DNA of 64,000 nucleotides from the human T2T-CHM13v2.0 reference genome, Homo sapiens: NCBI GenBank assembly GCA_009914755.4, contig CP068257.2:32416001-32480000 (forward strand), in the 5' to 3' direction. The notes beneath the pieces are model-generated. The model did not search any database and was not told the DNA's origin. It worked only from the letters and a program-made list of their open reading frames with translations. Shown here piece by piece: positions 55,453 to 64,000 of the stretch. The position numbers and the translations under genes are program-made. Every line of letters begins with the position of its first letter. Within the stretch, counting starts at the first letter, position 1.

Positions 55453-55987
55453 TAGTATCATTCACATAAAAGTTAAAACCAGTAGTAGTTTCATAGTTGT
55501 TCTTCCCTCCCTGACTGCCATATCTACAAGGTCTTATTTCTCTGAGATTTCTATAAAAAAATTCATGATGAGCCAAACTTATTGGTAGAATCAGGTTAAA
55601 ATGAATATATCTTGGGCGGAGTGTATATGGATGAAGTAAATCTGGTGGTTTATGAACTTTTCTAGGTGAATAAGATTTTATTTGAGGAAATGGTTTACTT
55701 TGGAAATTATCCATTCTTAACCCCTCCCCACTCCTGTCCCGGGAGAAACTGATAAAAGTGGAGCTGTTCTGGTGGTAGAGGGTTGGGAGGAGGGCCGCAG
55801 TCCCTCCCTACTCTGCCTCAACTTCACCCATCAGAATACAGCTTCAGCACCATTTGAGTCCAATCAGGGTTTTGTATAATTAATAACTTTTAAAAACTTG
55901 AGGGTGCAAGTTTAATAGAAATGTTTTGTCAAAAAGATTTAAGGGCAAATTCTTTATATTTTAGGGATGGTTAAAACATTACGGTAC

Positions 55988-56208
55988 AGGTTGAATATCC
56001 CGTATCTTAAATGCTTGGGACCAGAAGTGTTTTGGATTGTGGGATATTGCATATTACTTGGTGGCTGAGCATCCCATATCTGAACATCCCAAACCCAAAA
56101 TGCTCCAGTGAGCATTTCCTTTGAGCATCATGTCAGTTCTCAAAAAGTTTTGGATTTGGGAGGAGCATTTCAGATTTTGTATTTTTGCATTAGGGATACT
56201 TAATCTGT
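55988..56208. mobile_element. Internally deleted mariner-type DNA transposon relic (Hsmar2-like)
   Basis: caggttgaatatcccgtatcttaaatgcttgggaccagaagtgttttggattgtgggatattgcat…catcatgtcagttctcaaaaagttttggatttgggaggagcatttcagattttgtatttttgcattagggatacttaatctgtag resembles the Hsmar2 consensus termini (TAGGTTGAATATCCCTTATCC…GGATTAGGGATGCTCAACCTGTA). Family call from memory. Confidence 0.5.
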
Positions 56209-59041
56209 AGTGTTGTCTTTAGCTCCACTTACAATTTAAAACTGGCTGGAGTTCAGGCCAGTTATATTAGGAAAACCTGTTTTGCTCTTTGTGTTACTGA
56301 TGAACCGCTACAGTATCCTTGCTCCACATTTTTAAAGTAAGCAGGGGTTGAGGACAGTCCTATGTGAGTACACATACACTCTGCATCAAGCGTTAGTAGT
56401 CTATTCCACCACAGGAATTTGCTTTCCTAGAACTTGAGTCAAGGTGACAAAAGTGAAAGCATGTATGAAAAGTCTTAAGAATTTTATATACATTTTTTCT
56501 TTTTGTATTTTACTTGAAGTGATTTAAGTAGGAGCTAATAGTTGATGAGACAGTTGGGAGTCTAAAATGTTTGAGAGAGCTGCATCTTTAATGCATTATT
56601 TTATCTAATTCTTCTATATATAAATAACTTCGGAAGATCCTAATATGCCTTGCACATAGTTGACAGTTTAATTTGAAAGGAACTAATATCACTTCTAGTA
56701 TATTCAGGTTGTAGGGAGTAAACTGACATTTACTGAGCCACCTCCCCATTGCACTGGGCAATACTAGCTTTCTCTGTTACTTATTCCTTATAAATCATAA
56801 GGAGCAAGTTGGTTTCATTTTAAAAGCCAGACAGTTGAGACTTGTTGAGGCTCATAGAGATGAAGTTGTTGCCTGAGATCCTACAGTTAGGAAGTGACGG
56901 AGCATGGAACCCAGCCCTTAAAAACTGTGCTGTTTTCTTCTGTACCGTGCCACCTACATAGATGTGGTACCTACACCCACCTCCCTTCTTACAGAATCAT
57001 GAAATCTGTCTGTTGGGGTGGGGAGAAAACAAGCTTGGGTATGCCCATGTTTTTTGTTTTTGGTAGGTTACACAAAAGTGATTGTAATTCAGGTAATTAG
57101 GTTTTCAGAGGTGTCTGTGTGTTCTATAACCCTTCAATTATTAGCTGGCTAAGTGAATATTTTTCATTTGGATCAGAGGATGAGCAGGGCTCATCAAGCT
57201 TACCATTGACAGAGTGCTGGACTAGGCGTCTCAGATTGTACCTTGAGTGTGTGGTTTGTAAATTGACTCCAAAGCTAAAAGAGGTGGTTGTTTGGTCACG
57301 TTTAAGATTATTGCGTACTACTCTTTGCAGGCCCGCCTGTGTCATTGAACTTATGACTTGAAGCCCTGAGTATAGGAGATAATTTTTCTTGTTCCTTGTT
57401 TGGTTTTTGTGGCAGGTGGTTTTTTATTTTATTATTTTTTTGATAGAGTGCCCATATATCCTGCTGTTTACATATAGTTCCAGAATAAGTTTCTGGTTTG
57501 GAAGATAAATTATATGGTCACCCAGACAGTACTAGAGAGATCTGGTCATGATAACTAATTACATTTTGGTTAACATGGTTATATCACCTGAAGGAGTGCT
57601 TATTTAAATTTGGTCTTACCTTTTTTTCTCTTTCTATTTGGTCAAATGCAGCAAATATTTATATTTACACTTCTCTATTTGGATTAATTCTTCAGTTGCA
57701 ATTTAATTTATCCAGATGCGTGGAATAGAACCAAAACTGCATTCTAATTCTGTGCAAAACAATAAAATACTACTTTCTGAGAAGGATGCCTTCTCTTTTG
57801 GGAAGAAGGGGAATCTGCTCTGTTTCAAAGCACCTTTGTGTTCAAGGTTTGGCTAAATCTGCTCATCACCACTAGGGGACTGTTTCTTTTTGCATTCTAC
57901 AAGTATTACTCCCATTACAGAAGCTTTTTAAGAAAAAAATGGACTACCAAGGAACCCACCTACATGCTTTTCATAACTATACCTATTTTATTGTCTTATA
58001 ATTTTTACTTGAGAGGTTTGCGTGAATGATGAACTGTGACAAAAAGCATATATAAATATAAAAATACAAGTTAAAAAGCCTCATGTTAGCTGAAGATTCT
58101 TCCATGTGTATTCTTATAAAAATAAGGGAACCCTGGACAGTGCTCATTGTATTTTGTTGAAGAAATGTTAACTTCTTTAAAAGGAAGAAAAACATATATA
58201 TATATATATAACATACTGTATATTCAGAACCATTTTTAAGGAATGTAGTTTATCTCTTGAAAGACTGAAATTCAAGGCTGTGACTATGACTAGAGTGTAA
58301 AATATAGCTGCATTGCATTATAGTATTTTATATATTTCTACAAACCAAATTGACCTGTTTTTGGTTTTGTTTTTCCTTTTCCAGTCTTTACCAGGTGCTG
58401 GTCTCTGCATGTGTTTTGTTTAAGTTGGAAAAATCTAGAAACCTACCCACAGACTGGTATGGTATCCAGTGAGAAGGGAACTGTCCGCAGTGGCTTTGAA
58501 GGATCTGAGGAAGCCTAGGCGGAGAGTTGAGAATTCAGCCTTGAGCTAGTGTTAGGCTACTCTCTGCTACCTCTCCTGTGGGCAGAGCGACTTTACTAGA
58601 GAAGTTAGGAGTTAGGGCTAGCATGAGAACTTCATGCAGTTTGAGCATTCATCAGGCAGCAGAATATAGCTTCTATATTTACCTTGCATAAATCAGATTT
58701 GACAATGAAGAACAATGTTACTGATAGTAACAGTGCTTCCCAGTGATTGAGGAAGTGCTTGTTTTCTTTTTCAGCACTTTGTTCTCTGAACAAATAAGCT
58801 GCAGCAGCTACTATGACACATAACCCACCCTATTTCCCCCCCAACGGCCAGATGAAACCAGAAATACCCACTGTGTTTTTCTCTCCCTTCTTTGGAAAGC
58901 ACGTGGTTGCTACTGCCATTGGGAAGAGTGATACCTGATTAGCCAGGTAGCCTTCTGAAAATTGAAACAAGTGGCCTGAGGATGACTTGGATGGCTGTTG
59001 GGTAGCAGAGAGCCCTGGAGGCAGGGTTTCATAACTGCGAA

Positions 59042-59089
59042 CAGCAGTTTTCATTGTAATTGACACAGCAGTTTTCATTGTAATTGACA
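59042..59089. repeat. 24-bp perfect tandem duplication (cagcagttttcattgtaattgaca x2)
   Basis: Copy 1 at 59042-59065 and copy 2 at 59066-59089 are identical. Confidence 0.95.
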
Positions 59090-61149
59090 AGCTTCCCTTA
59101 TGCAGAAACATTTAACGATACCTTTTTAAATAATGTTTACTAGTCATCTGATTAGATTTTATTAAAAATTTAGATGATTCGTCCTACATAATGTCAAAGC
59201 ATTTGTTTAAAAACTTGGAAGCTTTTGGGGGTGGGGAAGGTGGTCATAGAAATATGATCATCTTCAGGATTTGGCAGGTATGAAGTGATACAAACCTCAA
59301 CTTTTAAGATTTTTTTTTTTTTTTTTGCTTTTCTCTGGCAATCAATCTTATTTATGCCAGCCGTTGACACTTAGAAAGGATTTAAATCACTTTTCATAGC
59401 ATAATTATTGTATTGCTTAATGCTTTAAAAAGGCACGCAGATGGGATTGAGACATTTCTATCCAGGCAGTTTTTTCTGCATTAGACCTAAGAACCTAATT
59501 TTGTAGGGCAGTAGTCTCTAGGCATTATGTTTAGCTCCTTTTGTCAGTGAGAAGTGTGTTGTAAAGTTTCTAATACTGTGGTCTGTTTTGAACGGTTTTG
59601 AGAAGAGGTAGCTTTAGTATAATTTATAGGACTTAAAAGGAAAATGCCTAGAATCATCAGAAAAAGCATGGAAAAACATTCTTCTCTGAGGTTGCCTTAT
59701 TGGAAAAGGAGAAATCATTTAGAAGTTAATGTGTGGAAGGCATTAGGTTGAATAAAAATGTTTTTCGTATTGATCTGTCAGCTGCAATTACAATTAACTG
59801 AAAATTTAGTATTTGTCTCTTTTTCAGGAGAGAAGCCGTCAAATTTTAATACATTTAATTTTAGGTATATTTAAATGTCTGTTTTGCAGAGTGATTATCT
59901 TAATCCAGAACTGAAAAATTCCTGATGGTCCTACTGAAGATTTATCTAATGGTCCACAAATGTCTGTTTTGTTGAGGTTTGGCGGACATAATAATAAATC
60001 ATTTTTTAGTCTTCTGAAAACTTTTCTCCTCCTCCCTCTTTTCTCTGCTTCTTATACCCTTCAACAAAAAGCATTAAAAGGAAAACATAAAATCACGCCT
60101 TTAGTCAGTGCCGTTATCCTCTCAGAGGTTGTTTTGGAAATACTGCGTGATGAAAAGGAAGAGAAGGAAATTGCTTCTTTTAAAGTTTGCTTTTTATCTT
60201 CTTGCAGCATCTTCTAACTGGCAGAAATAATACAATTTTTGAGTTGTTTTGTAAGTTGGATATTTTTAGTTTTGTGTGGAATGTCGTGTTTCCCATTAGG
60301 GCAGGGGGCGTCTCACAAGATCTAGGTTACTGTATGACAACTATATCCATTTACTGGAGTTTAAGAAGCTTTATAACAATACATTTCCAGAGACTAGGCA
60401 GTACTTGGTTTTCTGTATTTAAATTTTCTGAGGGTAGATGATAACATCTAGTAAACACCACCTGCCTGTTCCATCCAGGACCCTAACTGGCCATAAAGTT
60501 ACCCCCAAACTCTCTTAGGATTCATAGTATTTTAAGATTTCATTTTTGTGCCCTTATTACGAATATAATTAGTGTTTTCTCCCCTTTAGGGTGCTTTAAG
60601 ATCTTAGTGCCTGTTCTAATCTGAGACTACCACAGTAAGACAAGAAAGGGCAATGCTGTGGTAGGCAGTTAGCTGCTGAAGTTAGGCCACTTAGTTATGA
60701 GGTTGATGAATTTTTGTCCTTAGTTCAAAATGATAATATTCTCACTGACAAAAGTATCAGCTGTGATCATATAGATTGCTCTTTCCTGTGGAACTGAAGT
60801 GTATTAAAAAAATTTTTTTTTCTTTTTATAAAGAATGTCTTGTTGCGCCGTGTTTGCTAGACTGAAAGTTTCCTCATCACGTGGTGAGACCCTCCTCTAA
60901 TTCAATCTTTGTCTTTTGTCTTTGCTGCCTTGCAGGGTTGGTACAGTAGGCTTCACTAGACTTAGCTGCAACTCAGAATTTCTCCTCCAGCACCTGAGTA
61001 AATGCTGATGGTCTTGTGGAGAGTGGATTAAGAGTACGAGCTAAGTTCTCAATCCCAATTAAGAAGCGGAAAATTTAAACTGTCTTCTTCAAAGTTTATC
61101 ACAACCACCACCATCAAGACAGCAAACCAAAGGACAAAGACTTTGACCT

Positions 61150-61269
61150 GCTGTGTTGCTCTGTGTAGTCCAGTTCACGTATGGTTTACAGACTTGGCTG
61201 GGGTTACTAAAAATAAATAAAAAGTTGGACACTTCTGTCATTGGACGCTATTATTCACAAGTTACCAGA
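61150..61269 (+). other. SLC5A3: 5' part of SLC5A3 exon 2 (5'UTR); candidate splice acceptors at 61093/94, 61167/68 and 61259/60
   Basis: Polypyrimidine-AG contexts are ctgtcttcttcaaag|ttt, ctgctgtgttgctctgtgtag|tcc and ctattattcacaag|tta. In-frame TGA at 61144 precedes the ORF. The ORF-track start at 61153 is a GTG, not an ATG. Confidence 0.4.
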
Positions 61270-63426
61270 ATGAGAGCTGTACTGGACACAGCAGACATTG
61301 CCATAGTGGCCCTGTATTTTATCCTGGTCATGTGCATTGGTTTTTTTGCCATGTGGAAATCTAATAGAAGCACCGTGAGTGGATACTTCCTGGCGGGGCG
61401 CTCTATGACCTGGGTAGCAATTGGTGCCTCTCTGTTTGTGAGCAATATTGGGAGTGAGCACTTCATTGGGCTGGCAGGATCTGGAGCTGCAAGTGGATTT
61501 GCAGTGGGCGCATGGGAATTCAATGCCTTACTGCTTTTACAACTTCTGGGATGGGTTTTCATCCCAATTTACATCCGGTCAGGGGTATATACCATGCCTG
61601 AATACTTGTCCAAGCGATTTGGTGGCCATAGGATTCAGGTCTATTTTGCAGCCTTGTCTCTGATTCTCTATATTTTCACCAAGCTCTCGGTGGATCTGTA
61701 TTCGGGTGCCCTTTTTATCCAGGAGTCTTTGGGTTGGAATCTTTATGTGTCTGTCATCCTGCTCATTGGCATGACTGCTTTGCTGACTGTCACCGGAGGC
61801 CTTGTTGCAGTGATCTACACAGACACTCTGCAGGCTCTGCTCATGATCATTGGGGCACTTACACTTATGATTATTAGCATAATGGAGATTGGCGGGTTTG
61901 AGGAAGTTAAGAGAAGGTACATGTTGGCCTCACCCGATGTCACTTCCATCTTATTGACATACAACCTTTCCAACACAAATTCTTGTAATGTCTCCCCTAA
62001 GAAAGAAGCCCTGAAAATGCTGCGGAATCCAACAGATGAAGATGTTCCTTGGCCTGGATTCATTCTTGGGCAGACCCCAGCTTCAGTATGGTACTGGTGT
62101 GCTGACCAAGTCATCGTGCAGAGGGTCCTTGCAGCCAAAAACATTGCTCATGCCAAAGGCTCTACTCTTATGGCTGGCTTCTTAAAGCTCCTGCCAATGT
62201 TTATCATAGTTGTCCCAGGAATGATTTCCAGGATACTGTTTACTGATGATATAGCTTGCATCAACCCAGAGCACTGCATGCTGGTGTGTGGAAGCAGAGC
62301 TGGTTGCTCCAATATTGCTTACCCACGCCTGGTGATGAAGCTGGTTCCTGTGGGCCTTCGGGGTTTAATGATGGCAGTGATGATTGCAGCTCTGATGAGT
62401 GACTTAGACTCTATCTTTAACAGTGCCAGTACCATATTCACCCTCGATGTGTACAAACTTATCCGCAAGAGCGCAAGCTCCCGGGAGTTAATGATTGTGG
62501 GGAGGATATTTGTGGCATTTATGGTGGTGATCAGCATAGCATGGGTGCCAATCATCGTGGAGATGCAAGGAGGCCAGATGTACCTTTACATTCAGGAGGT
62601 AGCAGATTACCTGACACCCCCAGTGGCAGCCTTGTTCCTGCTGGCAATTTTCTGGAAGCGCTGCAATGAACAAGGGGCTTTCTATGGTGGAATGGCTGGC
62701 TTTGTTCTTGGAGCAGTCCGTTTGATACTGGCCTTTGCCTACCGTGCCCCAGAATGTGACCAACCTGATAATAGGCCGGGCTTCATCAAAGACATCCATT
62801 ATATGTATGTGGCCACAGGATTGTTTTGGGTCACGGGACTCATTACTGTAATTGTGAGCCTTCTCACACCACCTCCCACAAAGGAACAGATTCGAACCAC
62901 CACCTTTTGGTCTAAGAAGAACCTGGTGGTGAAGGAGAACTGCTCCCCAAAAGAGGAACCATACAAAATGCAAGAAAAGAGCATTCTGAGATGCAGTGAG
63001 AATAATGAGACCATCAACCACATCATTCCCAACGGGAAATCTGAAGACAGCATTAAGGGCCTTCAGCCTGAAGATGTTAATCTGTTGGTAACCTGCAGAG
63101 AGGAGGGCAACCCAGTGGCATCCTTAGGTCATTCAGAGGCAGAAACACCAGTTGACGCTTACTCCAATGGGCAAGCAGCTCTCATGGGTGAGAAAGAGAG
63201 AAAGAAAGAAACGGATGATGGAGGTCGGTACTGGAAGTTCATAGACTGGTTTTGTGGCTTTAAAAGTAAGAGCCTCAGCAAGAGGAGTCTCAGAGACCTG
63301 ATGGAAGAGGAGGCTGTTTGTTTACAGATGCTAGAAGAGACTCGGCAAGTTAAAGTAATACTAAATATTGGACTTTTTGCTGTGTGTTCACTTGGAATTT
63401 TCATGTTTGTTTATTTCTCCTTATGA
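61270..63426 (+). CDS. SLC5A3: SLC5A3 / SMIT1, sodium-myo-inositol cotransporter; complete 718-aa ORF in a single exon
   Basis: An uninterrupted 2157-nt ORF starts MRAVLDTADIAIVALYFILVMCIGFFAMWKSNRSTVSGYFLAGRSMTWVAIGASLFVSNIGSEHFIGLAGSGAASG. This is the SLC5 sodium-solute symporter signature, colinear with the SGLT1 N-terminus, with the 12-14 TM pattern and the long hydrophilic C-terminal loop characteristic of SMIT1. The first in-frame ATG is at 61270 (accagaATGa). Stop TGA at 63424-63426. It lies 21.4 kb downstream of MRPS6 exon 1 on the same strand, as in the known nested arrangement. Confidence 0.93.
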   Translation: MRAVLDTADIAIVALYFILVMCIGFFAMWKSNRSTVSGYFLAGRSMTWVAIGASLFVSNIGSEHFIGLAGSGAASGFAVGAWEFNALLLLQLLGWVFIPIYIRSGVYTMPEYLSKRFGGHRIQVYFAALSLILYIFTKLSVDLYSGALFIQESLGWNLYVSVILLIGMTALLTVTGGLVAVIYTDTLQALLMIIGALTLMIISIMEIGGFEEVKRRYMLASPDVTSILLTYNLSNTNSCNVSPKKEALKMLRNPTDEDVPWPGFILGQTPASVWYWCADQVIVQRVLAAKNIAHAKGSTLMAGFLKLLPMFIIVVPGMISRILFTDDIACINPEHCMLVCGSRAGCSNIAYPRLVMKLVPVGLRGLMMAVMIAALMSDLDSIFNSASTIFTLDVYKLIRKSASSRELMIVGRIFVAFMVVISIAWVPIIVEMQGGQMYLYIQEVADYLTPPVAALFLLAIFWKRCNEQGAFYGGMAGFVLGAVRLILAFAYRAPECDQPDNRPGFIKDIHYMYVATGLFWVTGLITVIVSLLTPPPTKEQIRTTTFWSKKNLVVKENCSPKEEPYKMQEKSILRCSENNETINHIIPNGKSEDSIKGLQPEDVNLLVTCREEGNPVASLGHSEAETPVDAYSNGQAALMGEKERKKETDDGGRYWKFIDWFCGFKSKSLSKRSLRDLMEEEAVCLQMLEETRQVKVILNIGLFAVCSLGIFMFVYFSL

Positions 63427-64000
63427 ACTTAAGGATATGGTGAGACACTAACTTAAGACAATACTGACTGGTCTTTGGGGAAAAAAAGTTATGTAACTGT
63501 TGCATCTCTCAGGCATTGTTTACGCTGTAGGTTTTAGCCAAATTTTACTTAGCAGAAAATCATCTAATTACAAGACTTTATTTTCCCAGAGATGGATTAA
63601 AGTAAATCTTCAACTTAAGTGAAGCAAAACCTAACAGACTGAATTGTGCAAATGTGGTTTTAAATTTTGCATACCAAAGTAAGAAGAGACCAATTATTCT
63701 CACAGAGCACTTAGAGCAGAATATATGTTAAGTTACCATGAATTAAGGTATACTGTCTGCACTGCCAAGTCTTGGCAGACCTTACCCTGAAGTAGAAGAT
63801 TTGCTCATTTCTAAATTTTTTTTTCTGTCTCTGTAATCCCTCCTACCATTAAGAAAAACTTATTTCTTAGACATTGTACAATCAGTTATGTACTGAAAAT
63901 CGAATGTGCTTGTGTGATACTTGTTTCAGGACAAGTTCATTTGCCAGGTTCATTTTGTTAGCATGAGCCTACGGATTCTGATTGCCAAAAGAAAGAATGT
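63427..64000 (+). other. SLC5A3: Beginning of SLC5A3 3'UTR (continues beyond window)
   Basis: Non-coding sequence follows the stop codon. The known SLC5A3 mRNA has a multi-kb 3'UTR. Confidence 0.7.

Noticed and set aside
61153-61269. ORF-track N-terminal extension MLLCVVQFTYGLQTWLGLLKINKKLDTSVIGRYYSQVTR of SLC5A3
   Set aside because: The called start at 61153 is a GTG (prokaryote-style alternative start). An in-frame TGA sits at 61144. Homology to SLC5 family N-termini begins right after the ATG at 61270, which is the first in-frame ATG. The extension is 5'UTR or intron.

Overview
This window is human nuclear DNA, not prokaryotic. It matches the chr21q22.11 MRPS6/SLC5A3 locus, identified by recognising the proteins encoded. 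No tRNA, rRNA, CRISPR array or operon-like system was seen.

Layout:
1. 1-38.8 kb is intergenic 5' flank, dense in primate repeats. I count about 21 Alu copies, mostly with recognisable target-site duplications. There are also three old L1 fragments, a MaLR LTR, MIRs, MADE1, and Tigger-like and Hsmar2-like DNA-transposon relics. A degenerate minisatellite with a 54-bp core and several microsatellites are present.
2. 38.8-40.35 kb is a roughly 1.5-kb CpG island of very high GC content. It contains MRPS6 exon 1 (ATG 39771; coding MPRYELALILKAMQR; GTAAGT donor at 39816), which serves as the promoter of the MRPS6/SLC5A3 transcription unit.
3. 40.4-61 kb is MRPS6 intron 1 and is comparatively repeat-poor.
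4. 61270-63426 holds the entire 718-aa SLC5A3 (SMIT1, Na+/myo-inositol cotransporter) ORF as one uninterrupted coding exon, followed by the start of its long 3'UTR.

The most interesting points are the nested, shared-first-exon gene architecture and the uORF consequences for SLC5A3 translation. Others are candidate tonicity-responsive (TonE/NFAT5) motifs in the 5' flank, including two identical TGGAAAATTCC 11-mers, and an NRF-1-like site in the island. A possible promoter-proximal poly(A) signal, an apparently VNTR-like minisatellite and several likely polymorphic homopolymer or dinucleotide tracts are also noted.

Nothing here looks like an undescribed system. Everything is consistent with an annotated human locus. 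All coordinates for repeats are approximate (about +/-10 bp) and family assignments were made by eye.
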